DNA of 64,000 nt from Octopus sinensis (GCF_006345805.1 NC_043002.1:73656001-73720000); one strand, 5' to 3'; positions 1 through 11,833 are shown, counted from the first letter of the stretch. Notes: generated from the letters alone by a model not told the origin. Numbers and translations are program-made.

Positions 1-55
1 CTAAAGGCGATGCTCCAGCATGGCTACAGTCAAATGACTGAAACAAAGTTGGACT

Positions 56-232
56 AAATGCTTAGCAGCATTTCTTCCAGCCCTTTATGTTCTGAGTTCA
101 AATTCCACTGAGGCTGATTTTGCCTTTCATCCTTTCGGTCAATAAAACAAATGCAAGTTGAAGACTGGGGTCAGTGTAAGCGACTTTCCCAACTTCTCTA
201 AAATTGTTGTCCTTGTGCTATAATTTGAAACC
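56..232 (+). mobile_element. tRNA-derived SINE, family A (degenerate copy; another at ~565-740)
   Basis: B-box-like gagttcaaattcc followed by tttgcctttcatcctttcgg, as in many other copies in the window. Confidence 0.7.
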
Positions 233-342
233 ATTATTTAAGCTTCTCTCATGATTATAAAGAATTTCACAATACCAGTATCCATCTCTGTTATTTATTG
301 ATGATAACTATTCACATTTATTCATATTTTCTCTGACACCAG

Positions 343-465
343 AATGGAAGCCAGAAAGCTGATGAACATTTACGAATGATAGAAAATAAAGATGTGGCTG
401 TTGATCAGTGTATTCTAGCTGCTGGGCACCAGTTTGAACCAGCAGAACAAAAGGAATTATTGAAG
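343..465 (+). CDS. VPS16: VPS16 exon A: NGSQKADEHLRMIENKDVAVDQCILAAGHQFEPAEQKELLK
   Basis: Acceptor ...ctgacaccag at 341-342. 123 nt, phase 0 to 0. The 3' boundary needs a GC donor (AAG|gctggt). Confidence 0.88.
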
Positions 466-471
466 GCTGGT
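466..471 (+). other. Non-canonical GC 5' splice site (GC-AG intron 466-1581)
   Basis: This is the only phase-0 junction joining LLK to AAVFGKS. The GT at 470 would frameshift, and read-through hits TAA at 478-480. Confidence 0.65.
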
Positions 472-1581
472 ATTTTTTAATCATTGTGTTTTGTTATGAA
501 ATGTGTGCTTTTTAAAGTGTAAAAAATATAAGATTGATGTTGGATTGTACTCAATGTAAGGCATCAGCTGGCAGAGTTGTTCAAGCATTAGCTAAATCAC
601 TTTGTGGTAATTATTTTGGTTCTCTGCATGCAGAGTTCAAATCTCACTGAGATCAACTGTACCTTTCATTCTTTTAAAGCTGATAAAGTACCAGTCCCAT
701 ACTGGAGATTGATTCTCACTGTCTCTCATTCTTTCTTTCTTTCTTTCTTTCTTTCTACCTGTCTGTTTTTCCCTCATCTGGAGAAAAAATCAGATCTGGT
801 AAGACTTGGCGCAAGATGGGCTCTGCCAGGTCAAAAAATGCCTATGCCTTGCCCTGTAAGTGAATGTCACCCCTACAACTCAGTCAAGGAGTTGAGAGGC
901 AAGGCATATTGAATGTACATAGATTATAATGTGGCCAATCTGTATTTTAAAGGAAATGCTTAATTTTGTCAACCAGACTACAAGAGAGATTGTACATGGC
1001 CAATCAATTTGCTAGAAGTAAAAGTCGAATCTTTCTTTAATCATATTCCCATTTTCTGAGAAAAGAATGCATTGGATAATTGATCCTGTGTTCTTTGTCT
1101 AAATGTAAAAACATGAAATGGATCACAGCTGGATTTACTTTGATTATAGATCTATTCAAAACTAACTTGTGTCTAAATAATAACATAAGTCTACTTCATT
1201 ACCAAGAGAAAACTGTTTAAAAAGCTAACCAGCTTTAAGCACTTTTAAGGAAATTTATACAAAATAATAATAATAACCAGTTTTTATAACAGGAGATTAA
1301 GATGTTTTAAAAAATGTAGGTACATTTTGGTTTGCATAGTTTTGAATATATTATTATTGTTTATATTTATTCTTAACATTATAATAATGAACATATTATA
1401 TACAGTGCTCAGATGCACCACAACTCGTCAGAAAAAATAACTAAAAGTGCATGAACAGTACATAGAATAATGTGCAGGAGGTGAACAGTGAACGAGTTGT
1501 TAAAAAAACATTCTTTCAGTATAAGTGCATTAAGCTACTTACATTTGTTCTTTGTTGTTATTTTTTACTTTTTCTTTGCAG

Positions 1582-1709
1582 GCCGCTGTATTTGGTAAAA
1601 GTTTCATTACTGAATATTCACCAAAGAAGTTTGTGTCAATGTGCCAGACACTTAGAGTTCTTAACCAAATTCGCCATTTCAGTATTGGAATACCGTTGAC
1701 ATATACACA
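1582..1709 (+). CDS. VPS16: VPS16 exon B: [42 protein letters not shown](Q)
   Basis: Polypyrimidine tract plus gcag acceptor (1580-1581). 128 nt. Lies within ORF 1552..1764. Confidence 0.93.
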
Positions 1710-1718
1710 GTATCCTTC
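1710..1718 (+). other. U12-type 5' splice site GTATCCTTC
   Basis: Matches the minor-spliceosome donor consensus RTATCCTT at the in-frame exon end. Confidence 0.88.
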
Positions 1719-1949
1719 TGTCCATAATCTTTTATTTTTGCATTTACAGCACAATAAACACTAAAGGGGTCATAGAGATTACATGAGATAATTTTTAGGA
1801 TTTAAAGCAGGCATCTATTTATGTTCGAAGTCATGACTGAAATGTTCATTGAGAATAATTGTGAAGTTTGGTTATCATCATCATTATTGTTATTTTAGCA
1901 TTGATTTTTCCATGTTTGCATGGGTCAGGCAAAACAAGTAGACATTAAC

Positions 1950-2110
1950 ATACACACACAAGAGGCTTCTTTCAGTTTCTGTCAACCAAATCCACTCAAA
2001 GCTTTGATTGACTATTGTAGAAGACATTTGCCCAAGGTACCATACAACGGGACAGAACTCAGAACCATGTAGTGAGAAAGCAAACTTCTTACCACACAGT
2101 CACATTTGTG
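1950..2110 (-). mobile_element. tRNA-derived SINE, family B head (degenerate)
   Basis: Reverse complement of the gtggctgtgtggtaag..ggttcagtccc..ttgggcaagtgtcttctac..gtggatttgg motif. Confidence 0.7.
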
Positions 2111-2313
2111 CCTATTACATTTTTCTTAAATGAAGGTGCAGTGAAATTGTTGTGTTATATATTAATCACATCATCACAAGTTAAAAATCATCCTGCAGCC
2201 TGCTATTACTTTGTCCCTCTGAGTAAAAGCACAATTCTGTCTACTTCAGTTTACCTAACAAAAACAAGTTTCACTGATACTTTACAGTTCAGTTATAAAA
2301 CAATGATTTAAAC

Positions 2314-3038
2314 CAGGGGTGGGGAAACCCCCGTATTGCACCCACAGGCTGGTATACTCATATGTACAAAATATAGTCAATTTTTCATTTATAAAATTTA
2401 TACAATACTTGTATGCCTTTTTGTGACATAGATCATGTTTCCACTACAACTTAAAACAGTTACACTCAAACAGAAAATCGTCCAGCTATTGTCATTTAAA
2501 TGGAAATTTTGTTTTTGCTACAAAACACATATTGCTACCACCCCCTTGAGACCCAACTACACTCTAGCTGAAAAATATAGAATACCTCATAAGTAATATA
2601 AACGTTCTAAATTCAGTGGCGGCATTAATGAAGATGTTACATGTTAACTTAATGTGTTAAACTTACCTTTATTAACCCTTTTGTTACCAACCTGGCTGAA
2701 ACTGGCTCTGGCTCTGCAGTACAAATGTCTCATTTTCATAAGTTTTGAATTAAAATGTTCCACCAAACCTTACCCACAATTTATGTTCCTAACACTAGCT
2801 TAATGATAACTAAGCTATTTTATTAAATTCTTTGTTACATTTAAAATCGATTGAAAGAAACACAGAGCATCTCAACAGAAATATGGTAACAAAAGGGTTA
2901 ATGTATATCAAATTATACATAGATATATACAAGAATTACACTGATATAAGAGTTAGAACTTGTGACCCACCCATGGACCTTTTTTTTTTTTTTGTTTGGA
3001 AATTTTTGCCTGCCACACTAAAAGTTTCCCCACCCCTG
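2314..3038. mobile_element. Non-autonomous hAT element (MITE)
   Basis: TIRs CAGGGGTGGGGAAAC / GTTTCCCCACCCCTG, with a perfect 8-bp TSD ATTTAAAC at 2306-2313 and 3039-3046. Confidence 0.88.
2676..2897. mobile_element. piggyBac-like MITE nested in the hAT element
   Basis: TIRs CCCTTTTGTTACC / GGTAACAAAAGGG with TTAA on both sides. Confidence 0.85.
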
Positions 3039-3752
3039 ATTTAAACAAACTAGTTCCACTCCAGCTACTCCCACTCACTCTTTTATAATGAGAGTACCAT
3101 TTAGCTCCCCTACAGCAAGAAAGTTGTTTTATCTTGATCGCTTCTCCAAGCATAAAGCCACTCTCTCAAAGGGGCTATTTGTCTAGTGAGCTGCATGGCA
3201 ACCTCACTAGTGCTGGTGCCACATTAAAAGTACTCTGTACATTCTGTGAAGTAGTTGAGGTTAGGAAGGACATCTAACCATAGAAATAATGCCAAAGCAG
3301 ACATTAGCACAATGCACAGGATTTTGTTGAACTGTCCAACACTTGCAAGTATGGAAAATAGATGTTAAAATATGATGAAGACAGAAAAAAAGACATTCAG
3401 CTTTTGTCAGCCTGGAAATACAGATGTAAATTATTATTTTTTATATGGTGGAAGATACGTTTTAACTGTTCAAAAACACACAAAAATTGTTAACTTCACT
3501 CAATCATTTATTACTTGATGTCAAAATTTTTATCACACTAGTTCATATTGTCATTCAATTTCCTCTGCCCTGGATGTCTCCTATTGTCACAACACATTTC
3601 TTATAAATGCCTAATCCATCCCAGCATGGAATACAGGCATTATATGATGAGGATGATGATCTTATAAATTTGTGCAAAAAAAACACAAAAATCTATTTTC
3701 TTTCTTTTTTTTATGTTGTTGTTATCTTTATTTGAGGTCAACTGCTTTAAAA

Positions 3753-3761
3753 TTCCTTAAT
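3753..3761 (+). other. U12-type branch point TTCCTTAAT
   Basis: Matches TTCCTTAAY about 10 nt before the AG at 3770-3771, with no typical polypyrimidine tract. Confidence 0.85.
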
Positions 3762-3771
3762 ACTTCATCAG

Positions 3772-3916
3772 ATTGGAACTATTAACCAAAGAGGTTTTGA
3801 TTGATCGATTAGTGTTGCGTATGAAATTCTTATTAGCTATTCGTATCTGCCAGTTTCTACATATTCCTGATGCTGAAGGTGTTAGTCGAATTCTTGCACA
3901 TTGGGCATGCTACAAA
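3772..3916 (+). CDS. VPS16: VPS16 exon C: (Q)[48 protein letters not shown]
   Basis: 145 nt, phase 2 to 0. Contains the conserved [13 protein letters not shown] motif. Donor gtacag. Confidence 0.94.
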
Positions 3917-4134
3917 GTACAGTATCTTATTTAAACCTATTTAATTGTGTGTATGTTTGTATGTGTGTGTCAAAAAATAAACTCCGTTCACTATTTTACT
4001 ATTTTCTATTTTGATATTTAATCACTTTCACAAAAAATGCCTGCAAAAAATTCTCAACATCAAATAGCAAGATAAAATTCCTAATACTACTGTGATAAAG
4101 AGAGCTAATATGTGAAACATGAATGCTTTCCTAA

Positions 4135-4530
4135 GTAAATTCCAACTGCAGTGAAGTGGGCATATAATGTGCATACCCAGCTCTAGACTTGCTAAACAGA
4201 TTTTCTTAGGTGAACTAGCAGTGGGCCCTCAGTTACATGGTGCACTAAAAAGGAGATACAAAGACATTCTTAAGACAATCTTGAAAAAGTGTAACTTAAA
4301 ACAGACTACCTGGGAACATTTTGCTCAAGATCACTCACTGTGGGATAGTTCTCTGTACTCAGGAGTGCAGCACTCAGAATCAGAAATTATCAGAGAAACT
4401 AAAGAAATGTGGGCTGCATGGAAAGCAAGAGTCCCACCAACTCCTAATTCTGTTCTTAGAGTCCCACTGTAACCATGGATTTTTTGCCAATATTGGACAA
4501 AAAAAAGCCACCTCGGGACCTACAAAGAGA
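4135..4530 (+). mobile_element. RTE/BovB-like LINE ORF2 3' fragment (degenerate)
   Basis: SRLAKQIFLGELAVG..KRRYKDILK..LKKCNL..TWEHFAQD.. is typical of the RTE ORF2 C-terminus (ORF 4167..4472). Confidence 0.8.
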
Positions 4531-4727
4531 AAGCTATTAATCTGGTCATCTTGAAGAATGAATGTCATTTTAATATTTGCAAAGTTGCCTCAGTTTACAT
4601 CTCTTGTTGCTATATGTACATCCCTAGTTGATATATTTTATTCTTTCCCATAATGAATTGCTGTTAATTTCTAGTAAATTTAATTAATTTATCTTTATTT
4701 TTGATTTTTTTTTTTTTTTCTCCACAG

Positions 4728-4862
4728 GTTCAACAGAAATACGAGAGTGATGAAGCAATAGCACATGCAATTTCACAAAAGTTGGGAGACACACCTGGAG
4801 TATCTTATTCAGAAATCGCTTGCAAAGCTACAGAATGTGGCAGAGACGAGTTAGCTATTAAG
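4728..4862 (+). CDS. VPS16: VPS16 exon D: [45 protein letters not shown]
   Basis: T-run plus ccacag acceptor, donor gtacag. 135 nt. Lies in ORF 4701..4910. Confidence 0.95.
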
Positions 4863-5019
4863 GTACAGTTTAACCACTTTATTCTTTTATTATATTTTTG
4901 TTACTTATGAAGGAAGATTACAGTTTACCAAAGTAATATCATCAATGAAATCTTTCATGGAATTGCCTATTATTATAAATAGTGGTGTTGTTTGTTCCTT
5001 CTCGAGCTATGTTGGGCTC

Positions 5020-5285
5020 ATAAGGACCTGTTTGCTGGTTTCATTGACATATAGGTCCCCCACCTGGACAGGACGCCAGTCCATCACAGGTGAGCTGCTA
5101 GATGCAAGAGAAAAGAGCAAGAGAAAGTTGTGGTGAAAGAGTCAGCAGAGGTTCACCATTATCTTCTGCCAGAGCCACGTGGAGCTTAGGTGTTTCGCTC
5201 AGAAACACACACATCACATGGTCTGAGATTCGAACCCGCAATCCCGAGTTCTCTGCTCTAACCACTTGACCATGTGTCTCCACTT
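5020..5285 (-). mobile_element. tRNA-derived SINE, family C
   Basis: Reverse-complement similarity to the + copy at 38760-39120, with a tRNA-like head gcgggttcgaatc. Confidence 0.6.
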
Positions 5286-6321
5286 TATAAATAGTAAATT
5301 AGGTTAATTATAAAACGCATTCAAATAAGAACACTAAGAAAAAGACATAGTGAAGACAAAGAAGTAGCAGAAATGATGACAACATGACTCTGTTTAATTT
5401 ACAAACACTTTTATTGCATTTATTATCATTTCTATTGTTCATTTGCACATTCACTTCAATGAGAAAAAAACATTTTCATATGAAATATTTATATATTGTG
5501 TATGGCTGCTAACAGATGTTACACTAACATCACTGCATTGATCAGAGAGGTGGTTAAAGATGGACAAATAGAGATGAGAAAGAGCTAAGAGAATATTTTA
5601 TGTTGTTAGTCAGTCGTTATAAGCTCTCCTGCCCACCTACATCCTGAAGGCAGCTATATTTCCAACTTCCTCAGTGAGATTCACATCTGCCACTTAGACA
5701 ATGGAGATAACCTTTACTGCTGGCTGCCTAAGTTACTCTCATAGGTTCCATTGGTAACTATCACCTCCCTATTTAATGGAAAAACGTGGCTTATGGGTGA
5801 AGGGTAGACAACCCATCTGGTTCGGTATTCCAAAACCCCAGCATGGTTGCAACCCACTAAATGGAACAAGTAAAAAGAGTAAACAAAAGGAGCTTTGTCT
5901 TAATCACAAGGGAGATACGTGGTCTCTACAAACTACAACAAGGGTAACTTGTCTGGAAAAGTAATATCTCTGAAAAAACGGATACACAGTAGAATGAACA
6001 CTTTAGTACTAGGAAACAGATTCTCTGATGCTGGTGACATTATAAAAGATATCCACCCATAAAATCATGTATAAAAGCACAAAAGAAGGTTATATAAGAG
6101 AAAGTGGGGATTTTCTTTTTATTAAGTGATGAAGGATGACAACAGATCTGCCAAATCTTTACCAGCCTGGTAAAACAAGTGTAAAATAATGATGTTGATG
6201 AATGTTTTTTTTTTTATTTCTTGAGCTTTATTAACTGTAATTTGTTGGTCTTCCTCTTTTTTTTTATGAATAATTCTTATTTCTATTAATTTAAGGTGAC
6301 ATACACTTTTTTCTCTTTAAG

Positions 6322-6430
6322 CTTTTGGAGTTCGAACCTAAAGCTTCAGAACAAGTTCCACTATTAATGAAAATGAATAGGAATGAATTGGCATTGTCAA
6401 AGGCTATCAGTAGTGGTGATACAGATCTTG
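6322..6430 (+). CDS. VPS16: VPS16 exon E: [36 protein letters not shown](V)
   Basis: ctctttaag acceptor, gtaaga donor. 109 nt. Confidence 0.95.
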
Positions 6431-7428
6431 GTAAGAGACAGCAGTCATTCACATCCTATTTTACTTAAAATTTGTTTAAGACTTTGGGGCATATTTTGTT
6501 GCCTGATCATATATAAACAGAGAAATTAGCCATAGAATCATAATATAGATGTTTCAATATTTGCAATGGTAAATTTATTGTGAATTCTCTGCAACTTGTA
6601 TTTTTATATACTTGTACTGACTATTCCACCACCTGAACAAAATTGTACTTTTGTACCGGATAAAATCAGAGTTTGTGTTAAAAAAGAACCATTTACCTCA
6701 AGAAGTCTTCCTAAAATGTCTTCTCTGCATAGAGAGACCAAATTGTTTCAACTGACACAATTTTCTGACAAAAATGTGGTAGGCCTAGTTACTTCAGTTA
6801 ACTGTTTCCTCCACCTTATAACTATAAAGGTAGTCTGTTGTGTATCTGACATATAAAGTAAGTGTAATTTCCTTCCAACCAACTTCTTATGGTGTTAATT
6901 ATGTAAACACATGCTTGTTTTTGTTCTGATAGCTGGTTTTCTCTTTTATATTTCTTACATCACAGCATCAAAGTGACAAATTGACCAAATCATTAGAGCA
7001 TTGGACAAAATGTTTTGCAATGTATATTCTCATACCTTACACTGCAAGATCAAATTCTACTCAGGTCAACTTTGTCTTTCATTTTTCCAAGGTCAATGAA
7101 TATAATAACAGTCTAGGGAGATGGACTGGCAGAAATTTTAAAGCATCAGAGTAGAGACCTTACAGTATTTCTTTTAGTTTTTTACATTTTGAGTTCAAAT
7201 CCCACTATGGCTTGTTAGTCCATCACTCAGTTCAGTATTATTACATGGCCCTTTGGTGCCTTTAATGAAGTCCACTCTTTTGCAAACATTCAAGCTAGGT
7301 CTCCAGTTTAAAGATACCTCTCTCTCTCTCTCCTTTCCACTTCTCAGATGCCCTATAAAGGGTCATAAATACAGAACTTCTCACCTGACTAAAAGAAAAG
7401 CAACACAGCTTTGATGATAAATCACTAA

Positions 7429-7627
7429 CCCTTTTGTTACTGTATTTCTTTCAATTACTTTAAATATAACAAAGAGTTTAGTAAAATAACTTAGTTATCA
7501 TTCAGCTAGTGTTAGGAACATAAATTATGACTAAGGTTTGGTGGAAGATTTTTATTCAAAACTTATGAAAACAAGACATTTGTACTCAGAGCCAGTGCTG
7601 GTTTCAGCCGGGTTAGTAATGAAAGGG
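7429..7627. mobile_element. piggyBac-like MITE (same family as 2676-2897, opposite orientation); a related copy at ~7645-8020
   Basis: cccttttgttac ... gtaatgaaaggg followed by TTAA, with shared internal sequence. Confidence 0.7.
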
Positions 7628-8520
7628 TTAAATATGCATCATCGATCCTTTTGATACCAACCCACTCAAAATTACCTGTGGGTCTAAGATACAAACTTCC
7701 TATTTTATATTGATCTAAATTAAAGCTTGTTGTGTCTTGAGAGGGTCATTAGGCCACTAATAATAAACACACAAACTTTTAAAGGCATGATGGTCCTCCC
7801 AAAACAAAATTTGTTTCAACACACAAATTCATATCAAGAATCTTGCAAACCAAATACAAAAACAAGCTAAATTAAAGCCTCCCATCAAAATTTCCTGTTA
7901 ATTTATGCTCAAAATACTATCTTAATAAAAGCAAAGTTATATTACTAAGTTCATCGTTATTTTCAAAATTAACTGAAACAAAAGCAGTATATTTCGACAG
8001 AATTATAGTAACAAAAAGGTTAATAAAGTAGATTTAGCTTGTGCACCCACAGTAGCTCTAATGAGTTGAGCTGAGTATAAACACAGCCATGTGCTGTTGG
8101 TGTTACTGATTGAATGATCAGTGTATTTATGGGATCCTCATACTTGATTGTTAAATCTATACATTATCAGGCAATTAATTATATATATATATATCATCAT
8201 ATGTCCATTGTCCAACATATATAATCTTTTCTACACACTAATTTTTATTACTATTTATTATATATCTGGGGTTTTTGCCATGCTATCTAGGATTAAATGA
8301 ATATATCATTAGAGGCATTATCTTATAATCGGATGCCCTTTTATCACTAATCTCCACCTGTTTTTCAAGTAAAGGATCTCTTATTCTACTTGTCTTTCAA
8401 AGCACAAAGGAAAATGACAACAGCACTACTTGCAACTTAATGATTTTCAGATACGTGCAAGTGCAGCCAAGCACAAAAATATACACACACATATAATTAT
8501 ACATATTTACATGTGCGTGT

Positions 8521-8526
8521 GTATAT

Positions 8527-8581
<55 letters not shown>

Positions 8582-8597
8582 TGATTGATTGATTGAT
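8521..8597. repeat. (CA)n(TA)n microsatellite followed by a (GATT)n LINE tail
   Basis: Seen directly. Confidence 0.95.
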
Positions 8598-11500
8598 TCT
8601 AGTTTCAGCTCATGAGCTGTGGCCATACTGGGGCACCGCCATTTGGTGTTGCTACATGGTTTTACTTCACGAATGCCTTTTAGCAACTGCCATTTGGTGC
8701 ATGAGAGAGTTTGATGCAGCTGCCCTCATCTGCACCTCCTGCCGTGAAGTTGGTTTATCTGGGATACCTGACAAGAAGAGATCCAGTTTCATTTTAAAGA
8801 CATCTGCATCCACCCCATGCAGGTCTCTTAGATTCTTCAGGAGGATATTGAAGAGCTGTGGGCCTCGGAAGCCCAGGCTATCACAGTATCTTGTCCTACA
8901 TCTTGATGGCAAATTTGGAGTCCTAGGCACCACGCAGTGGCGCCCAGTTCTGGCATTTGTGTGACTCTCGATGCCAAAGTTTGGGACAAGTCCCTCCAGG
9001 ATCTTCCAGATGTATATTATGGCATATCTTTCTCACCTACGCTCCAAGGAATAGAGTTTTAATCTCTTGAGTCTCTCCCAGTAGCTTATATTCTGCATAG
9101 AGGCTATCTTCTTCGTGTAGCTACGTTGGATCGCCTCAAGATCTGTGATCAACTTGACACTGGATGGTGACCATAGCTGAGAGCAATAGTCAAAATGGCT
9201 TAGGACAAGTGTCCTCCAGAGGACCATCATGGTTTCTTGTTCTCTTGTTCTAAAGGTTCTGAGAATCCATCCGGCCAGTCGTCTACATTTCATTGCCAAT
9301 TTAGCAACATGTACATGAAAGGTTGCGTCATCACTCATGTAAATACCCAGGTCACGGACTGATTGTGCCTCTGGGATTGCAATTCCTCCGGGTCCAGTGT
9401 ATTCATTGGGTATTGCATTTAGTTTTGCATGCTGATAGTATAAAGCTTGAAACTTTTCAGCATTGAACTGCATACTATTCTTTTCAGCCCACTTGTATAT
9501 TTTGTCCAGCTCACATTGCAGGCATTTAGTGTCCTCAGGGTTCTGTATTGCCTGTGAAACTTTTGTATCATCTGCATAACTTGTGATTGTGGCTCTCTGC
9601 GTGGCTGAGGGCATGTCTGAGAGGGCCATTATGAACAGTAGTGGTCCCAAAACAGTGCCCTGTGGAACACCGCTCACTATTTGCGTGTTAATGGAAGTGG
9701 CCCCATTGGCTACCACCACCTGACTTCTATCTTTCAGAAAGTCATGAAGCCATTCTCCCAGTTTTCCAACTATGCTGAGATCACGCAGTTTGTGACATAT
9801 CATTCCATGATCGACTTTATCAAAGGCCTTTGCAAAGTCGAGATATATCACTTCCACATTTGAGTGGTTGAGCAGTCGTTTCAGCACCCAGTCATAGTGT
9901 TGTAGGAGCTGAGTTAAGCAGCTTCTCCCTGGTCGGAAACCATGTTGGGTGTCAGGCAGCAAGTCATTTTCTTCAAGGAAGGTGATCAGTTTCCTTCTGA
10001 CTATTCATTCCATGACCTTGCTGATGTGTGAGGTCAGAGAGATAGGTCTGTAGTTCTTGGCCTCCGCTCTGCTACCTCCTTTATGAATAGGGCATATTTT
10101 ACCTTCCTTCAGTTTTCTTGGAAGTTTGCCAGCTGCAAGGAAGCTCTGAAAGAGGAACTGCAGTGGTCTTGCTAGGACTCTCTTACATACTTTTAGGAGG
10201 ATTGCTGGGAATCCATCGGGGCCAGTAGTTGAGTCTATTTTCATTTCATCTATAGCCTTTATTACATCGTCTTCCTTTATATCGATGTAATTTATCGTCG
10301 CCGCCTCTGATTTTATATCTGCAGTGGTAAAGAAGTCAGTTGGATTGGTGATTTGGAAATGCCCAAGGGGTGGAGTGAAAACACTCTTGAATTGCTCATT
10401 CAGTATTTCACTTACCCTCATTGGTTTTCCTGTGAGTGTGCCATCCTTTTCAAGGAGTGGCCCTATCCTACAGTGCACCGTAGCTGTTTCTTTGGCATAC
10501 CTGTAGAAAGCTTTGGGGTTAGATTTTATGTTGTCTATAGCCCAGGCTTCTTTGTCTGCTCTTTCCTTTTCATGGGAGAGTTGCAGACATTTTTCAATTT
10601 CCAAGTGTTTTATTTTCAGGTGGGACTTTTCACTGCTTTCAATTTGTTTGTTTAGGTGATTTGAAATTTTTGTACGCTGTCTCATTAAAATTTTCCTCTC
10701 TCTGGGGATTTTGTTCTTGTGTACAGTGGCCTTTCTCTCTGGGACACATTTGTAGCATATGGCTTGCATTACAGACATGAATTGTTGAAGTTTCACGTCG
10801 ATGTCTGGCGAGGAGAGACATTCAGGCCAGTTTTGTTTGAGGATCTCTTTCTCAATTTGTTTCCAGTTTGCCTTATGGAAGTTCAAGCTGGAAAGATTCT
10901 GAGGGTTTCTTGTAGGCTGCATGTCCATGCTTTCCTTTGGCCCGTACATGGTCAGCTCTACCATGTTGTGATCTGAGAGTAGTGTCGGTGTCACTTTCAC
11001 ATTATGGATGAGATCCATATTATTTGTGAAGCAGAGATCCAGTGTGTTACCTGCCCTGGTTGGTTGGTTGGAGTATTACTTGCTCCATGTACAGGGTGTT
11101 GATGAGGTTCAGGAGGGACCTCGCCTGTCCTCGTTCACATCTTGTCATTCCTGGGAGAGAAAGGCCCTCGGGCCATCTGACATTGGGTAGATTGAAGTCT
11201 CCCATAAGAAGTACACTTATGTGTTGTTCTAATGTGATTAGAACTTCTTCTATTTTTATAAGGCAGTCTTCAAACTTGCCTACATGGCTTGGGGCATCTG
11301 GAGGGCGATATGTAGCACACACAACTACATCAAGTTGCCTTATATGTACAATTAGTGTGTCACACACCGAGTTTGAGTATGACAAAAGGACCTGGGGTGT
11401 GAGGTCCTCACAGATGTACATAGCGACTCCTCCATGACTCCTTTCTTTTCTGTCGGTCCGTAGTACAACATACTGTAGTATGTGTAATTCCGCATCTGCT

Positions 11501-11760
11501 ATGTCCAGTTTCAGGTGCGTTTCCGTAAGTGCTATGCATAAGGCTTGATTGCATGCAACAAAGTCTCTCAAGAACGGGATTTTTGTCCTGTTACTGAGTG
11601 TTTGCAGTCCTCTGATGTTCAGTAGGAGCATCGAGGTGAGGTGTATGCTGTTGCCGGCGGTGTCCACCTTGGGTCTGTTTGCTGTGGTGGTCTTGTATAT
11701 TGTGTCTTGTATCTTGTATATATATATACATATACACACATATATCCCTTCTTCCTGACC
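8578..11760 (-). mobile_element. CR1/L2-group LINE: ORF2 (APE endonuclease plus reverse transcriptase) nearly intact, 3' UTR and (ATCA)n tail; antisense within a VPS16 intron
   Basis: ORFs 11047..11739, 10005..11018, 9033..9962 and 8667..8933 form one ORF2. Endonuclease motifs: NIRGL, LTETHL, YRPP, GDFN, TLDL, SDHN. RT motifs: NYRPISLT, QHGFRPGRSC, YLDFAKAFDKVDH, GVPQGTVLGPLLF, YADDTK. It is broken only by one 4-bp frameshift and two in-frame TGA codons. Confidence 0.95.
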
Positions 11761-11833
11761 ATTAAACTAATACACCTGTCTTCATCTTTTGTTTTCTGTA
11801 AATTTGTACTATATATATTTGTATTTCAGGATG

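Noticed and set aside
470-477. Canonical GT donor 4 nt downstream of the proposed GC donor
   Set aside because: It gives phase 1, and no compatible AG exists at exon B, so the conserved AAxFGK frame would be lost.
604-912. 102-aa ORF
   Set aside because: It overlaps a SINE and a (TTTC)n run inside a VPS16 intron, has a GTG start, and shows no recognisable protein features.
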